Of a stretch of 64,000 nt of DNA, positions 55,886-64,000 are shown one piece after another. The position numbers and the translations under genes were made by a program. The stretch lies in assembly GCF_024700885.2 (NCBI RefSeq), contig NZ_CP117016.1. One strand, given 5' to 3'. Every line of letters begins with the position of its first letter. Position 1 is the first letter of the stretch. Below the pieces are notes generated by a model that was given only the letters and a program-made list of their open reading frames with translations, ran no database searches and was not told the origin of the DNA. Source of the DNA: Escherichia coli. GTDB lineage: Bacteria; Pseudomonadota; Gammaproteobacteria; Enterobacterales; Enterobacteriaceae.

Positions 55886-56818
55886 TTAATTCTCCCGATG
55901 CAGTAAATCCTGATAGATCCCCGTTAATATGCCATTTGGCGCAAATTGTTTTTTAATCCACTGCGTCACCTGACCCGTAGCAGAATGCTGAGTCGCCAGT
56001 AACATGCGCGAATCCTGGCGCGGATTATGGATTTGTCGGGTAACCAGCAGGGATTGCGTCATCGCCTCACGGACCATGTAATCCGGCAAAAAACCAATCC
56101 CTTCACCTAAAATCTGGCACTGACATTTGGTGTTGAAATCTGGCACCAGAATCGACTCCTGCCCATGCAGCAACCAGCCCACTTTTTTATTAATCGTATG
56201 CGCGGTGTCCTCCACCATGATATTAGGATAGAGACGCAGTTGGCTTTCGGCGATCGGCTCCGGCACAAAGGCTAATGGGTGATCCGGGGCGATAGCAAAA
56301 GCCCAGCGAATTGCGCCAATCTCCGTGTAATCAATGCCGCCGCCGTCCAGCAGTGTGTCGGGCGCGCCGATAGCAATATTCGCCTGATTATTAATAATCG
56401 CATCCCAGACGCCGTTATACACTTCGGTCGTCACGGTAATCTGGCAGGTTGGAAACTGCTTTTTCAGTACCTGTAATAAGCGTGCGGTGTGTTTGGGCGT
56501 ATAAAGCAGTTGGTTAATACAAATGCGCACCCGTGCTTCTATACCCTGCGAAATAGTATCGATGCTGCGTTTGATGGCGTGAAAATCATTCAGCAGGTCG
56601 GTAGCTTTGCGGAAAAAATAACGCCCGGACTCCGTTAACTCAATGCTTCGGGTACTGCGAGTGAACAGCACCACATCCAGCCCTGTTTCCATTCGCTTGA
56701 TGGTGTAGCTAATGGCGGAAGTGGTTAAACCCAACTCTTCTGCGGCTTTACTGAAGCTGCCAAAACGCGCAGCGGTAGTAAATGCCAACAGATTCTCTTC
56801 GGTAAAAATTGAGTTCAT
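55886..56818 (-). CDS. yahB: LysR-family regulator YahB, 310 aa
   Basis: HTH FTTAARFGSFSKAAEELGLTTSAISYTI. Confidence 0.85.
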   Translation of the reverse strand: MNSIFTEENLLAFTTAARFGSFSKAAEELGLTTSAISYTIKRMETGLDVVLFTRSTRSIELTESGRYFFRKATDLLNDFHAIKRSIDTISQGIEARVRICINQLLYTPKHTARLLQVLKKQFPTCQITVTTEVYNGVWDAIINNQANIAIGAPDTLLDGGGIDYTEIGAIRWAFAIAPDHPLAFVPEPIAESQLRLYPNIMVEDTAHTINKKVGWLLHGQESILVPDFNTKCQCQILGEGIGFLPDYMVREAMTQSLLVTRQIHNPRQDSRMLLATQHSATGQVTQWIKKQFAPNGILTGIYQDLLHREN

Positions 56819-56909
56819 TAAACCATTCCCGCCATTATCGAATATGAATTTCTCCAGCCATGACTGTAGAGGTATCGGTTAAAGATAGATAATCATTTTT
56901 GAATAACTT

Positions 56910-57407
56910 TTAATACCCGTCGCGTTTAGTCGTCGCTTCGCTTAATTTTTGTCCGCCATATTCTGAAATTATCCCCACGCAGTTACCCGCCAGAAAACCC
57001 AGTAATGTCACCGTCCAGTTCATCCCGCTGGCAAAAAATAGCGTCATGCCGAGAAAGCCTCCGGGAATAAAAGACAATAAACCGAAACGTCCTTGCCAGA
57101 CCACCACCGCCGAGAAGGGTACAGTCATAATCACGCTCGCCCAGAACGTGGACAATCCACTCACCGAGGCCAGCCAACCGGCAGCCAGCGCGGCGAAAAA
57201 CGCCCACACCATCCCGGAATAATTAACCGCCAGGCTTCTGATAAACCCCGATTTACCGCCGCCTGCGGCATAAAAACTGCAAAAGGCGACGAAGCCAATA
57301 GTTCCTAATAATTCCCATCCCTGAGAGAGCCCGACATGTGAAGACACTAACTGCCAAAGCCCTGCACAAATACCGACGGTGACACCCGTTGCCGTGAGTC
57401 CGTTCAT
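56910..57407 (-). CDS. yahC: Membrane protein YahC, 165 aa
   Basis: Hydrophobic, Gly-rich, 4-5 TM segments. Confidence 0.8.
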   Translation of the reverse strand: MNGLTATGVTVGICAGLWQLVSSHVGLSQGWELLGTIGFVAFCSFYAAGGGKSGFIRSLAVNYSGMVWAFFAALAAGWLASVSGLSTFWASVIMTVPFSAVVVWQGRFGLLSFIPGGFLGMTLFFASGMNWTVTLLGFLAGNCVGIISEYGGQKLSEATTKRDGY

Positions 57408-57664
57408 CTTGTTCCCCTCTGGTTAGACATGGACGAAAGCTACTCTTACATGTGCAGACTATAGAGAAATAAAACCTGATTGAGTGAAAGGGTATCGGGT
57501 CAAAGAAACAAATATTGCACTACCGCACACTGCGAAAAGATTGTTGAACATCATTCAACAAAAAGGCGAAATACGGCGAATTAAATTTAAGCGGGTTCTT
57601 TTATCAGATTATCGTTGCTATTCTCAATTCATCGAAAACAGCCACAAAAACCAGGGGAATGTGA

Positions 57665-58270
57665 ATGACTATAAAAAATCTACCTGCCGACTATTTATTG
57701 GCTGCGCAACAGGGTGATATCGATAAAGTAAAAACATGCCTTGCGCTGGGTGTCGATATTAATACCTGCGATCGTCAGGGGAAAACGGCAATTACGCTGG
57801 CAAGTTTATATCAGCAATATGCTTGCGTTCAGGCATTAATTGATGCCGGAGCGGATATTAATAAGCAAGATCAAATATGTTCAAATCCTTTTTTAATTAG
57901 CTGCCTGACCGGCGATTTAACCCTGTTACGGATTATTTTACCGGCTAAACCTGATCTTAATTGCGTCACCCGTTTTGGCGGTGTCGGCCTGACGCCTGCC
58001 TGTGAAAAAGGCCATTTAAGTATTGTAAAAGAGCTTTTGGCGCATACGGAGATTAACGTTAACCAGACCAACCATGTTGGCTGGACGCCGCTACTGGAAG
58101 CAATTGTGCTTAATGATGGCGGGATTAAACAGCAGGCGATTGTCCAGTTATTGCTGGAACACGGTGCCAGCCCGCACATGACGGATAAATATGGCAAAAC
58201 GCCGCTGGAACTGGCGCGGGAACGAGGCTTTGAAGAGATTGCGCAGTTACTGATTGCCGCAGGTGCATAA
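57665..58270 (+). CDS. yahD: Ankyrin-repeat protein YahD, 201 aa
   Basis: Repeated ankyrin motifs (GKTAITLAS, GWTPLLEAIV, GKTPLELA). Confidence 0.85.
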   Translation: MTIKNLPADYLLAAQQGDIDKVKTCLALGVDINTCDRQGKTAITLASLYQQYACVQALIDAGADINKQDQICSNPFLISCLTGDLTLLRIILPAKPDLNCVTRFGGVGLTPACEKGHLSIVKELLAHTEINVNQTNHVGWTPLLEAIVLNDGGIKQQAIVQLLLEHGASPHMTDKYGKTPLELARERGFEEIAQLLIAAGA

Positions 58271-58309
58271 TCCGGGAGGCTTGCTATCAACACACCAGAA
58301 AGACGGTGT

Positions 58310-59173
58310 GTGTGGGCGCTAACTGCGGATGCTGATTTTCTGGCGCATCGGGGGCAAGGTCAGGTTGAACAGGTCTTTGCCAGAGCGGTAAATATCGCAC
58401 TTCCGGCCCGCCAGCAGTTGCTGACGCTGCTTTGTGAAGAGTACGACAATGCGCCAAACAGTTGTCGGTTGGCACTCACTCACTTTGATGGTCTGTTCCG
58501 GCATGGTGATAAGGTTCAGTTTGACGATCAAGGCATTACGGTTGGTCAACATCTTCATATAGAGATGAGTCATTGCCTGCGTTGGCTGTCCCCAACCTTG
58601 CAAATGGCCGCTGTGAATTTTCATCTTATCGCCTGGCAACAGTGGCATGACATTATTCATCAGCACCTGGGGGAAAATGAAACCCTGTTTAATTATTGCG
58701 GCGATAATCCGTTTTATCAGGCGTTAAATAAAGAATTACATATTAAACGACGGGCAGTTATTCAGGCCGTAAACGATAAACAAAATATCGCCTCAGCAGT
58801 CGCCAGTATGATGGGCTTAGGGATTGGCCTTACGCCATCAGCCGACGATTATTTAACAGGTCTGGCGCTTATTTTATTTATTTCCGGACATCCGGCGGAA
58901 AAATACAAAGAGGAATTTTATATCGGTCTGCAACGCGGCAGAAATAATACCACGTTATTAAGTGCCATAACGCTGGAAGCCGCATTACAACAACGCTGCC
59001 GGGAAAATATTCATCATTTTATTCACGATATTATTTATGGTGTCCCTGGGAATTCAACCCAGGCAATAGAAAAAATTAAACATATTGGCTCCAGTTCCGG
59101 CTGCGACATGCTGTATGGCATGGCCGATGGTTGTGCGCTGAGCCAAACCTACGGAGGGAATTATGTCAGTTAA
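58310..59173 (+). CDS. yahE: YahE (DUF2877), 287 aa
   Basis: Size and synteny upstream of yahF. Confidence 0.8.
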   Translation: MWALTADADFLAHRGQGQVEQVFARAVNIALPARQQLLTLLCEEYDNAPNSCRLALTHFDGLFRHGDKVQFDDQGITVGQHLHIEMSHCLRWLSPTLQMAAVNFHLIAWQQWHDIIHQHLGENETLFNYCGDNPFYQALNKELHIKRRAVIQAVNDKQNIASAVASMMGLGIGLTPSADDYLTGLALILFISGHPAEKYKEEFYIGLQRGRNNTTLLSAITLEAALQQRCRENIHHFIHDIIYGVPGNSTQAIEKIKHIGSSSGCDMLYGMADGCALSQTYGGNYVS

Positions 59174-60710
59174 AATAGTCATTAAACCGAATACCTATTT
59201 TGATTCTGTCTCGCTGATGTCTATCTCCACGCGTGCAAATAAACTCGACGGCGTCGAGCAGGCATTTGTGGCGATGGCGACCGAAATGAACAAAGGCGTA
59301 CTGAAGAATTTAGGGCTGCTGACGCCGGAGCTGGAGCAGGCGAAAAACGGCGACCTGATGATTGTCATCAATGGTAAATCGGGTGTGGACAACGAGCAGT
59401 TGCTGGCGGAGATTGAAGAACTGTTCAACACCAAAGCGCAAAGCGGCTCGCACGAGGCGCGTTACGCCACTATTGCCAGCGCCAAAAAGCATATCCCGGA
59501 AAGTAACCTGGCAGTGATTTCGGTCAACGGTCTGTTTGCCGCTCGCGAAGCGCGTCAGGCGCTGCAAAACGATCTTAACGTGATGCTGTTTTCCGATAAC
59601 GTCTCGGTTGAAGATGAACTGGCGCTCAAACAGTTGGCCCATGAAAAAGGGCTGCTGCTGATGGGGCCGGACTGCGGCACGGCGATTATCAACGGCGCGG
59701 CGCTCTGCTTTGGTAACGCCGTGCGTCGCGGCAACATCGGTATTGTTGGCGCATCCGGCACCGGCAGCCAGGAGCTGAGCGTCCGCATTCATGAATTTGG
59801 CGGCGGCGTTTCACAACTGATCGGCACCGGCGGGCGCGACCTGAGCGAGAAAATCGGCGGCCTGATGATGCTCGACGCTATCGGGATGCTGGAAAACGAT
59901 CCGCAAACTGAAATCATTGTGCTTATCTCCAAACCGCCAGCGCCTGCGGTGGCCCGCAAAGTGCTGGAACGCGCACGCGCCTGCCGTAAGCCAGTGGTGG
60001 TCTGCTTCCTCGGTCGTGGCGAAACGCCAGTGGATGAGCAGGGGCTACAGTTTGCTCGCGGCAGCAAAGAGGCGGCACTAAAAGCGGTGATGCTCTCCGG
60101 TGTGAAACAAGAACATCTCGACTTGCATACCCTGAACCAGCCGTTGATTGCGGATGTGCGTGCGCGTCTGCAACCGCAGCAGAAATACATTCGTGGCCTG
60201 TTCTGCGGCGGCACGCTGTGTGACGAAACCATGTTCGCGGTGATGGAAAAACATGGCGATGTCTACAGCAACATTCAGCCCGATCCTGAATTCCGCCTGC
60301 AAGATATCAACCGCAGCATCAAACACACCTTCCTAGACTTTGGCGATGACGACTTCACCAACGGCAAGCCGCATCCAATGATTGACCCCACCAACCGTAT
60401 CAGCCGCTTGATCGAAGAGGCGCGCGATCCAGAAGTGGCGGTGATCGTGATGGATTTTGTGCTCGGGTTTGGATCGCATGAAGATCCGGTCGGTTCCACC
60501 ATCGAGGCGATCAAAGAGGCGAAAGCGATCGCCGCTGCCGAAGGACGTGAGTTGATCATTCTCGCCTATGTGCTGGGTACCGATCTTGATACGCCATCAT
60601 TAGAACAACAAAGCCAGATGCTGCTTGATGCCGGAGTGATTCTGGCAAGCAGCAGCACCAATACCGGATTGCTGGCGCGTGAATTTATCTGCAAAGGGGA
60701 GGAAGCCTGA
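59163..60710 (+). CDS. yahF: FdrA/YahF acyl-CoA synthetase-like protein, 515 aa
   Basis: Succinyl-CoA synthetase alpha-like CoA-binding fold motifs; overlaps neighbouring genes. Confidence 0.85.
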   Translation: MSVKIVIKPNTYFDSVSLMSISTRANKLDGVEQAFVAMATEMNKGVLKNLGLLTPELEQAKNGDLMIVINGKSGVDNEQLLAEIEELFNTKAQSGSHEARYATIASAKKHIPESNLAVISVNGLFAAREARQALQNDLNVMLFSDNVSVEDELALKQLAHEKGLLLMGPDCGTAIINGAALCFGNAVRRGNIGIVGASGTGSQELSVRIHEFGGGVSQLIGTGGRDLSEKIGGLMMLDAIGMLENDPQTEIIVLISKPPAPAVARKVLERARACRKPVVVCFLGRGETPVDEQGLQFARGSKEAALKAVMLSGVKQEHLDLHTLNQPLIADVRARLQPQQKYIRGLFCGGTLCDETMFAVMEKHGDVYSNIQPDPEFRLQDINRSIKHTFLDFGDDDFTNGKPHPMIDPTNRISRLIEEARDPEVAVIVMDFVLGFGSHEDPVGSTIEAIKEAKAIAAAEGRELIILAYVLGTDLDTPSLEQQSQMLLDAGVILASSSTNTGLLAREFICKGEEA

Positions 60711-62128
60711 TGAGCCAGTCACTGTTTAGCCAACCGTTGAACGTTATTAACGTCGGCATCGCCATGTTTAGCGATGATCTGAAAAAGCAGCATGTAGAAG
60801 TGACCCAACTCGACTGGACGCCGCCGGGGCAGGGCAATATGCAGGTGGTGCAGGCGCTGGACAACATTGCCGATTCCCCGCTGGCGGACAAAATCGCCGC
60901 CGCGAATCAGCAGGCGCTGGAGCGCATTATTCAGTCACATCCGGTGCTGATTGGTTTTGATCAGGCGATTAACGTGGTGCCGGGCATGACGCCGAAAACC
61001 ATTCTTCACGCCGGGCCGCCGATCACCTGGGAAAAAATGTGCGGCGCGATGAAAGGCGCGGTCACCGGGGCGCTGGTGTTCGAAGGGCTGGCGAAAGATC
61101 TCGACGAGGCGGCTGAACTGGCGGCCTCCGGGGAGATCTCCTTCTCGCCGTGCCACGAGCACGACTGCGTGGGATCGATGGCGGGTGTTACTTCGGCCTC
61201 GATGTTTATGCACATCGTAAAAAACAAAACCTACGGCAACATCGCTTACACCAATATGAGCGAGCAGATGGCGAAGATTTTGCGTATGGGCGCTAACGAC
61301 CAGAGCGTGATTGACCGCCTCAACTGGATGCGCGATGTGCAGGGGCCCATGCTGCGCGACGCGATGAAAATTATCGGCGAAATCGATCTGCGCTTAATGC
61401 TGGCGCAAGCGCTGCATATGGGCGATGAATGCCATAACCGCAATAACGCCGGGACGACGCTGTTGATTCAGGCGTTGACGCCAGGGATTATTCAGGCGGG
61501 TTATTCCGTCGAGCAACAGCGCGAAGTGTTTGAGTTTGTCGCCAGCAGCGACTACTTCTCCGGCCCGACGTGGATGGCGATGTGTAAAGCGGCGATGGAT
61601 GCGGCGCACGGCATCGAATACAGCACCGTGGTCACCACCATGGCGCGTAACGGCGTCGAGTTCGGCCTGCGGGTCAGCGGCCTGCCGGGGCAATGGTTTA
61701 CCGGTCCGGCGCAGCAGGTGATCGGGCCGATGTTTGCCGGTTATAAGCCGGAAGATTCGGGGCTGGATATCGGCGACAGCGCCATCACCGAAACCTACGG
61801 CATTGGCGGATTTGCTATGGCGACCGCGCCCGCGATCGTCGCGCTGGTGGGCGGCACGGTGGAAGAGGCTATCGATTTCTCCCGCCAGATGCGTGAAATC
61901 ACTCTCGGTGAAAACCCCAACGTCACCATTCCGCTGCTCGGTTTTATGGGCGTGCCGTCGGCAATCGACATCACCCGCGTGGGCAGCAGCGGCATTCTGC
62001 CGGTGATCAACACCGCCATCGCCCATAAAGATGCGGGCGTCGGCATGATTGGTGCGGGCATTGTGCATCCACCATTCGCCTGCTTCGAGAAAGCCATTCT
62101 CGGCTGGTGCGAACGTTACGGCGTCTGA
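60710..62128 (+). CDS. yahG: YahG (DUF1116), 472 aa
   Basis: Size and synteny; ATGA overlap with yahF. Confidence 0.85.
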   Translation: MSQSLFSQPLNVINVGIAMFSDDLKKQHVEVTQLDWTPPGQGNMQVVQALDNIADSPLADKIAAANQQALERIIQSHPVLIGFDQAINVVPGMTPKTILHAGPPITWEKMCGAMKGAVTGALVFEGLAKDLDEAAELAASGEISFSPCHEHDCVGSMAGVTSASMFMHIVKNKTYGNIAYTNMSEQMAKILRMGANDQSVIDRLNWMRDVQGPMLRDAMKIIGEIDLRLMLAQALHMGDECHNRNNAGTTLLIQALTPGIIQAGYSVEQQREVFEFVASSDYFSGPTWMAMCKAAMDAAHGIEYSTVVTTMARNGVEFGLRVSGLPGQWFTGPAQQVIGPMFAGYKPEDSGLDIGDSAITETYGIGGFAMATAPAIVALVGGTVEEAIDFSRQMREITLGENPNVTIPLLGFMGVPSAIDITRVGSSGILPVINTAIAHKDAGVGMIGAGIVHPPFACFEKAILGWCERYGV

Positions 62129-62222
62129 CCTGCAAACGCACCTTACGATCCCTTCTCCCTTCTGGGGAGAGGGGCAACCTCACTCTCATAACCCCATCAC
62201 CCTCTGTAGCGGACATAACAAC

Positions 62223-63173
62223 ATGAAAGAGCTTGTGGTCGTTGCCATTGGTGGCAACAGCATTATCAAAGATAACGCCAGCCAGTCGATTGAGCATCAG
62301 GCGGAGGCGGTGAAAGCCGTGGCCGATACGGTGCTGGAAATGCTGGCTTCCGATTACGACATTGTGCTGACCCACGGCAACGGGCCGCAGGTCGGTCTGG
62401 ATTTACGCCGCGCGGAGATAGCCCACGAGCGCGAAGGGCTGCCCTTAACGCCGCTGGCGAACTGTGTGGCGGATACGCAAGGCGGCATTGGCTATCTGAT
62501 CCAACAGGCGCTGAATAACCGACTGGCGCGTCACGGTGAGAAAAAAGCCGTCACCGTGGTGACTCAGGTGGAAGTGGATAAAAACGATCCGGGGTTTGCC
62601 CATCCCACCAAGCCCATCGGCGCATTCTTTAGTGAAAGCCAGCGTGACGAATTACAAAAGGCAAACCCTGACTGGCGTTTTGTTGAAGATGCCGGACGGG
62701 GCTATCGCCGCGTGGTCGCCTCGCCGGAACCGAAACGTATTGTCGAAGCACCTGCCATTAAGACTCTGATCCAACAAGGCTTTGTGGTGATTGGCGCGGG
62801 TGGCGGCGGAATTCCGGTGGTGCGCACAGAAGCAGGGGATTACCAAAGCGTGGACGCAGTTATCGACAAAGATCTCTCTACCGCGCTACTGGCTCGCGAA
62901 ATTCACGCCGACATTTTGGTGATCACTACTGGCGTGGAAAAAGTGTGTATTCACTTTGGCAAGCCGCAGCAGCAGGCGCTTGATCGGGTGGATATTGCCA
63001 CCATGACCCGCTATATGCAGGAAGGGCATTTCCCGCCTGGCAGCATGTTGCCAAAAATCATCGCCAGCCTGACGTTCCTGGAACAGGGCGGCAAAGAAGT
63101 GATTATCACCACGCCGGAATGCCTGCCTGCGGCGCTGCGCGGTGAAACGGGCACCCATATTATTAAAACGTAA
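62223..63173 (+). CDS. yahI: Carbamate kinase-like protein YahI, 316 aa
   Basis: Amino-acid kinase family start MKELVVVAIGGNSI; the track ORF from 62049 is an upstream extension without RBS. Confidence 0.85.
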   Translation: MKELVVVAIGGNSIIKDNASQSIEHQAEAVKAVADTVLEMLASDYDIVLTHGNGPQVGLDLRRAEIAHEREGLPLTPLANCVADTQGGIGYLIQQALNNRLARHGEKKAVTVVTQVEVDKNDPGFAHPTKPIGAFFSESQRDELQKANPDWRFVEDAGRGYRRVVASPEPKRIVEAPAIKTLIQQGFVVIGAGGGGIPVVRTEAGDYQSVDAVIDKDLSTALLAREIHADILVITTGVEKVCIHFGKPQQQALDRVDIATMTRYMQEGHFPPGSMLPKIIASLTFLEQGGKEVIITTPECLPAALRGETGTHIIKT

Positions 63174-63182
63174 GGACGTAAG

Positions 63183-64000
63183 ATGAAAGAAAGCAATAGC
63201 CGCCGTGAGTTTCTGAGCCAGAGCGGTAAGATGGTCACCGCCGCCGCGCTGTTTGGTACCTCTGTGCCGCTCGCCCATGCGGCAGTCTCTGGCACAACCC
63301 ACTGCGACGCGAATAACACCATGAAAATCACTGACCCGCACTACTATCTCGACAACGTGTTGCTGGAAACCGGTTTTGACTACGAAAATGGCGTGGCGGT
63401 GCAGACCCGCACGGCGCGCCAGACTGTGGAAATTCAGAACGGCAAAATTGTTGCACTGCGCGAGAACAATCAGCATCCGGACGCCACGCTGCCGCACTAT
63501 GACGCTGGCGGTAAGCTGATGCTGCCCACCACCCGCGACATGCATATTCATCTCGACAAAACCTTTTACGGCGGGCCGTGGCGCTCGCTCAATCGCCCGG
63601 CAGGCACCACCATCCAGGACATGATCAACCTCGAGCAGAAAATGCTGCCGGAGCTGCAACCGTACACTCAGGAACGAGCGGAAAAACTGATCGATTTATT
63701 GCAGTCGAAAGGCACTACCATTGCCCGCAGCCACTGCAATATCGAACCGGTTTCCGGCCTGAAAAATCTGCAAAATTTGCAGGCGGTGCTGGCGCGACGT
63801 CAGGCGGGCTTCGAGTGTGAAATCGTCGCCTTCCCGCAGCACGGTTTGCTGCTGTCGAAATCGGAACCCTTAATGCGTGAAGCAATGCAGGCGGGCGCGC
63901 ATTACGTCGGCGGTCTGGACCCGACCAGTGTTGATGGCGCGATGGAAAAATCCCTCGACACCATGTTTCAGATTGCGCTGGACTACGACAAAGGCGTCGA
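63183..64000 (+). CDS. yahJ: Amidohydrolase/deaminase YahJ with Tat signal (partial, continues past window end)
   Basis: Not in track because there is no stop in the window; hand translation MKESNSRREFLSQSGKMVTAAALF... has a twin-arginine motif and an HIHLDK metal-binding motif. Confidence 0.8.
   Translation, partial: MKESNSRREFLSQSGKMVTAAALFGTSVPLAHAAVSGTTHCDANNTMKITDPHYYLDNVLLETGFDYENGVAVQTRTARQTVEIQNGKIVALRENNQHPDATLPHYDAGGKLMLPTTRDMHIHLDKTFYGGPWRSLNRPAGTTIQDMINLEQKMLPELQPYTQERAEKLIDLLQSKGTTIARSHCNIEPVSGLKNLQNLQAVLARRQAGFECEIVAFPQHGLLLSKSEPLMREAMQAGAHYVGGLDPTSVDGAMEKSLDTMFQIALDYDKGV

Noticed and set aside
62129-62222. Near-palindrome CCCTTCTCC...GGGGAGAGGGG between yahG and yahI as a REP-like element
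   Set aside because: Imperfect pairing and single copy in the window; not enough to call a repeat family.

Overview
This window reads as an Escherichia coli chromosomal segment: a P4-like satellite-prophage remnant carrying a retron (about 1-6280), followed by conserved chromosomal loci. All gene names and K-12 comparisons are from memory of known protein sizes, motifs and gene order; no database search was run. The P4-like block holds the 3' end of an alpha-type primase gene, an array of TGTTCCACC iterons, sid-like, psu-like and ogr/delta-like genes, and then a cargo region. The cargo region is the most interesting part: a long perfect hairpin (candidate msd), a 322-aa protein with a nucleoside 2-deoxyribosyltransferase-like motif, and a 310-aa reverse transcriptase with YADD and ITG motifs, which together look like a type II retron. 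Convergent to the RT is an orphan 160-aa protein with three predicted transmembrane helices. No integrase, tRNA or att site is visible in the window. The remainder matches the E. coli order paoDCBA, yagU, ykgJ, ecpEDCBA-ecpR, rpmE2/rpmJ2 (ykgMO), ykgR, full-length fdeC/eaeH, rclCBA-rclR, ykgEFG, ykgH, betAB-betI-betT, pdeL and yahB-yahJ. Two accessory blocks of LysR regulators, alpha/beta hydrolases, an MFS transporter, an Old Yellow Enzyme and aldo-keto reductases are interleaved. Three probable gene-disrupting lesions are visible directly: a 13-bp tandem duplication in a hydrolase gene, a 1-nt homopolymer frameshift in ykgH, and a truncated LysR fragment next to a ghost copy of the ykgO-ykgR module. 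No CRISPR array, rRNA or tRNA gene was found.
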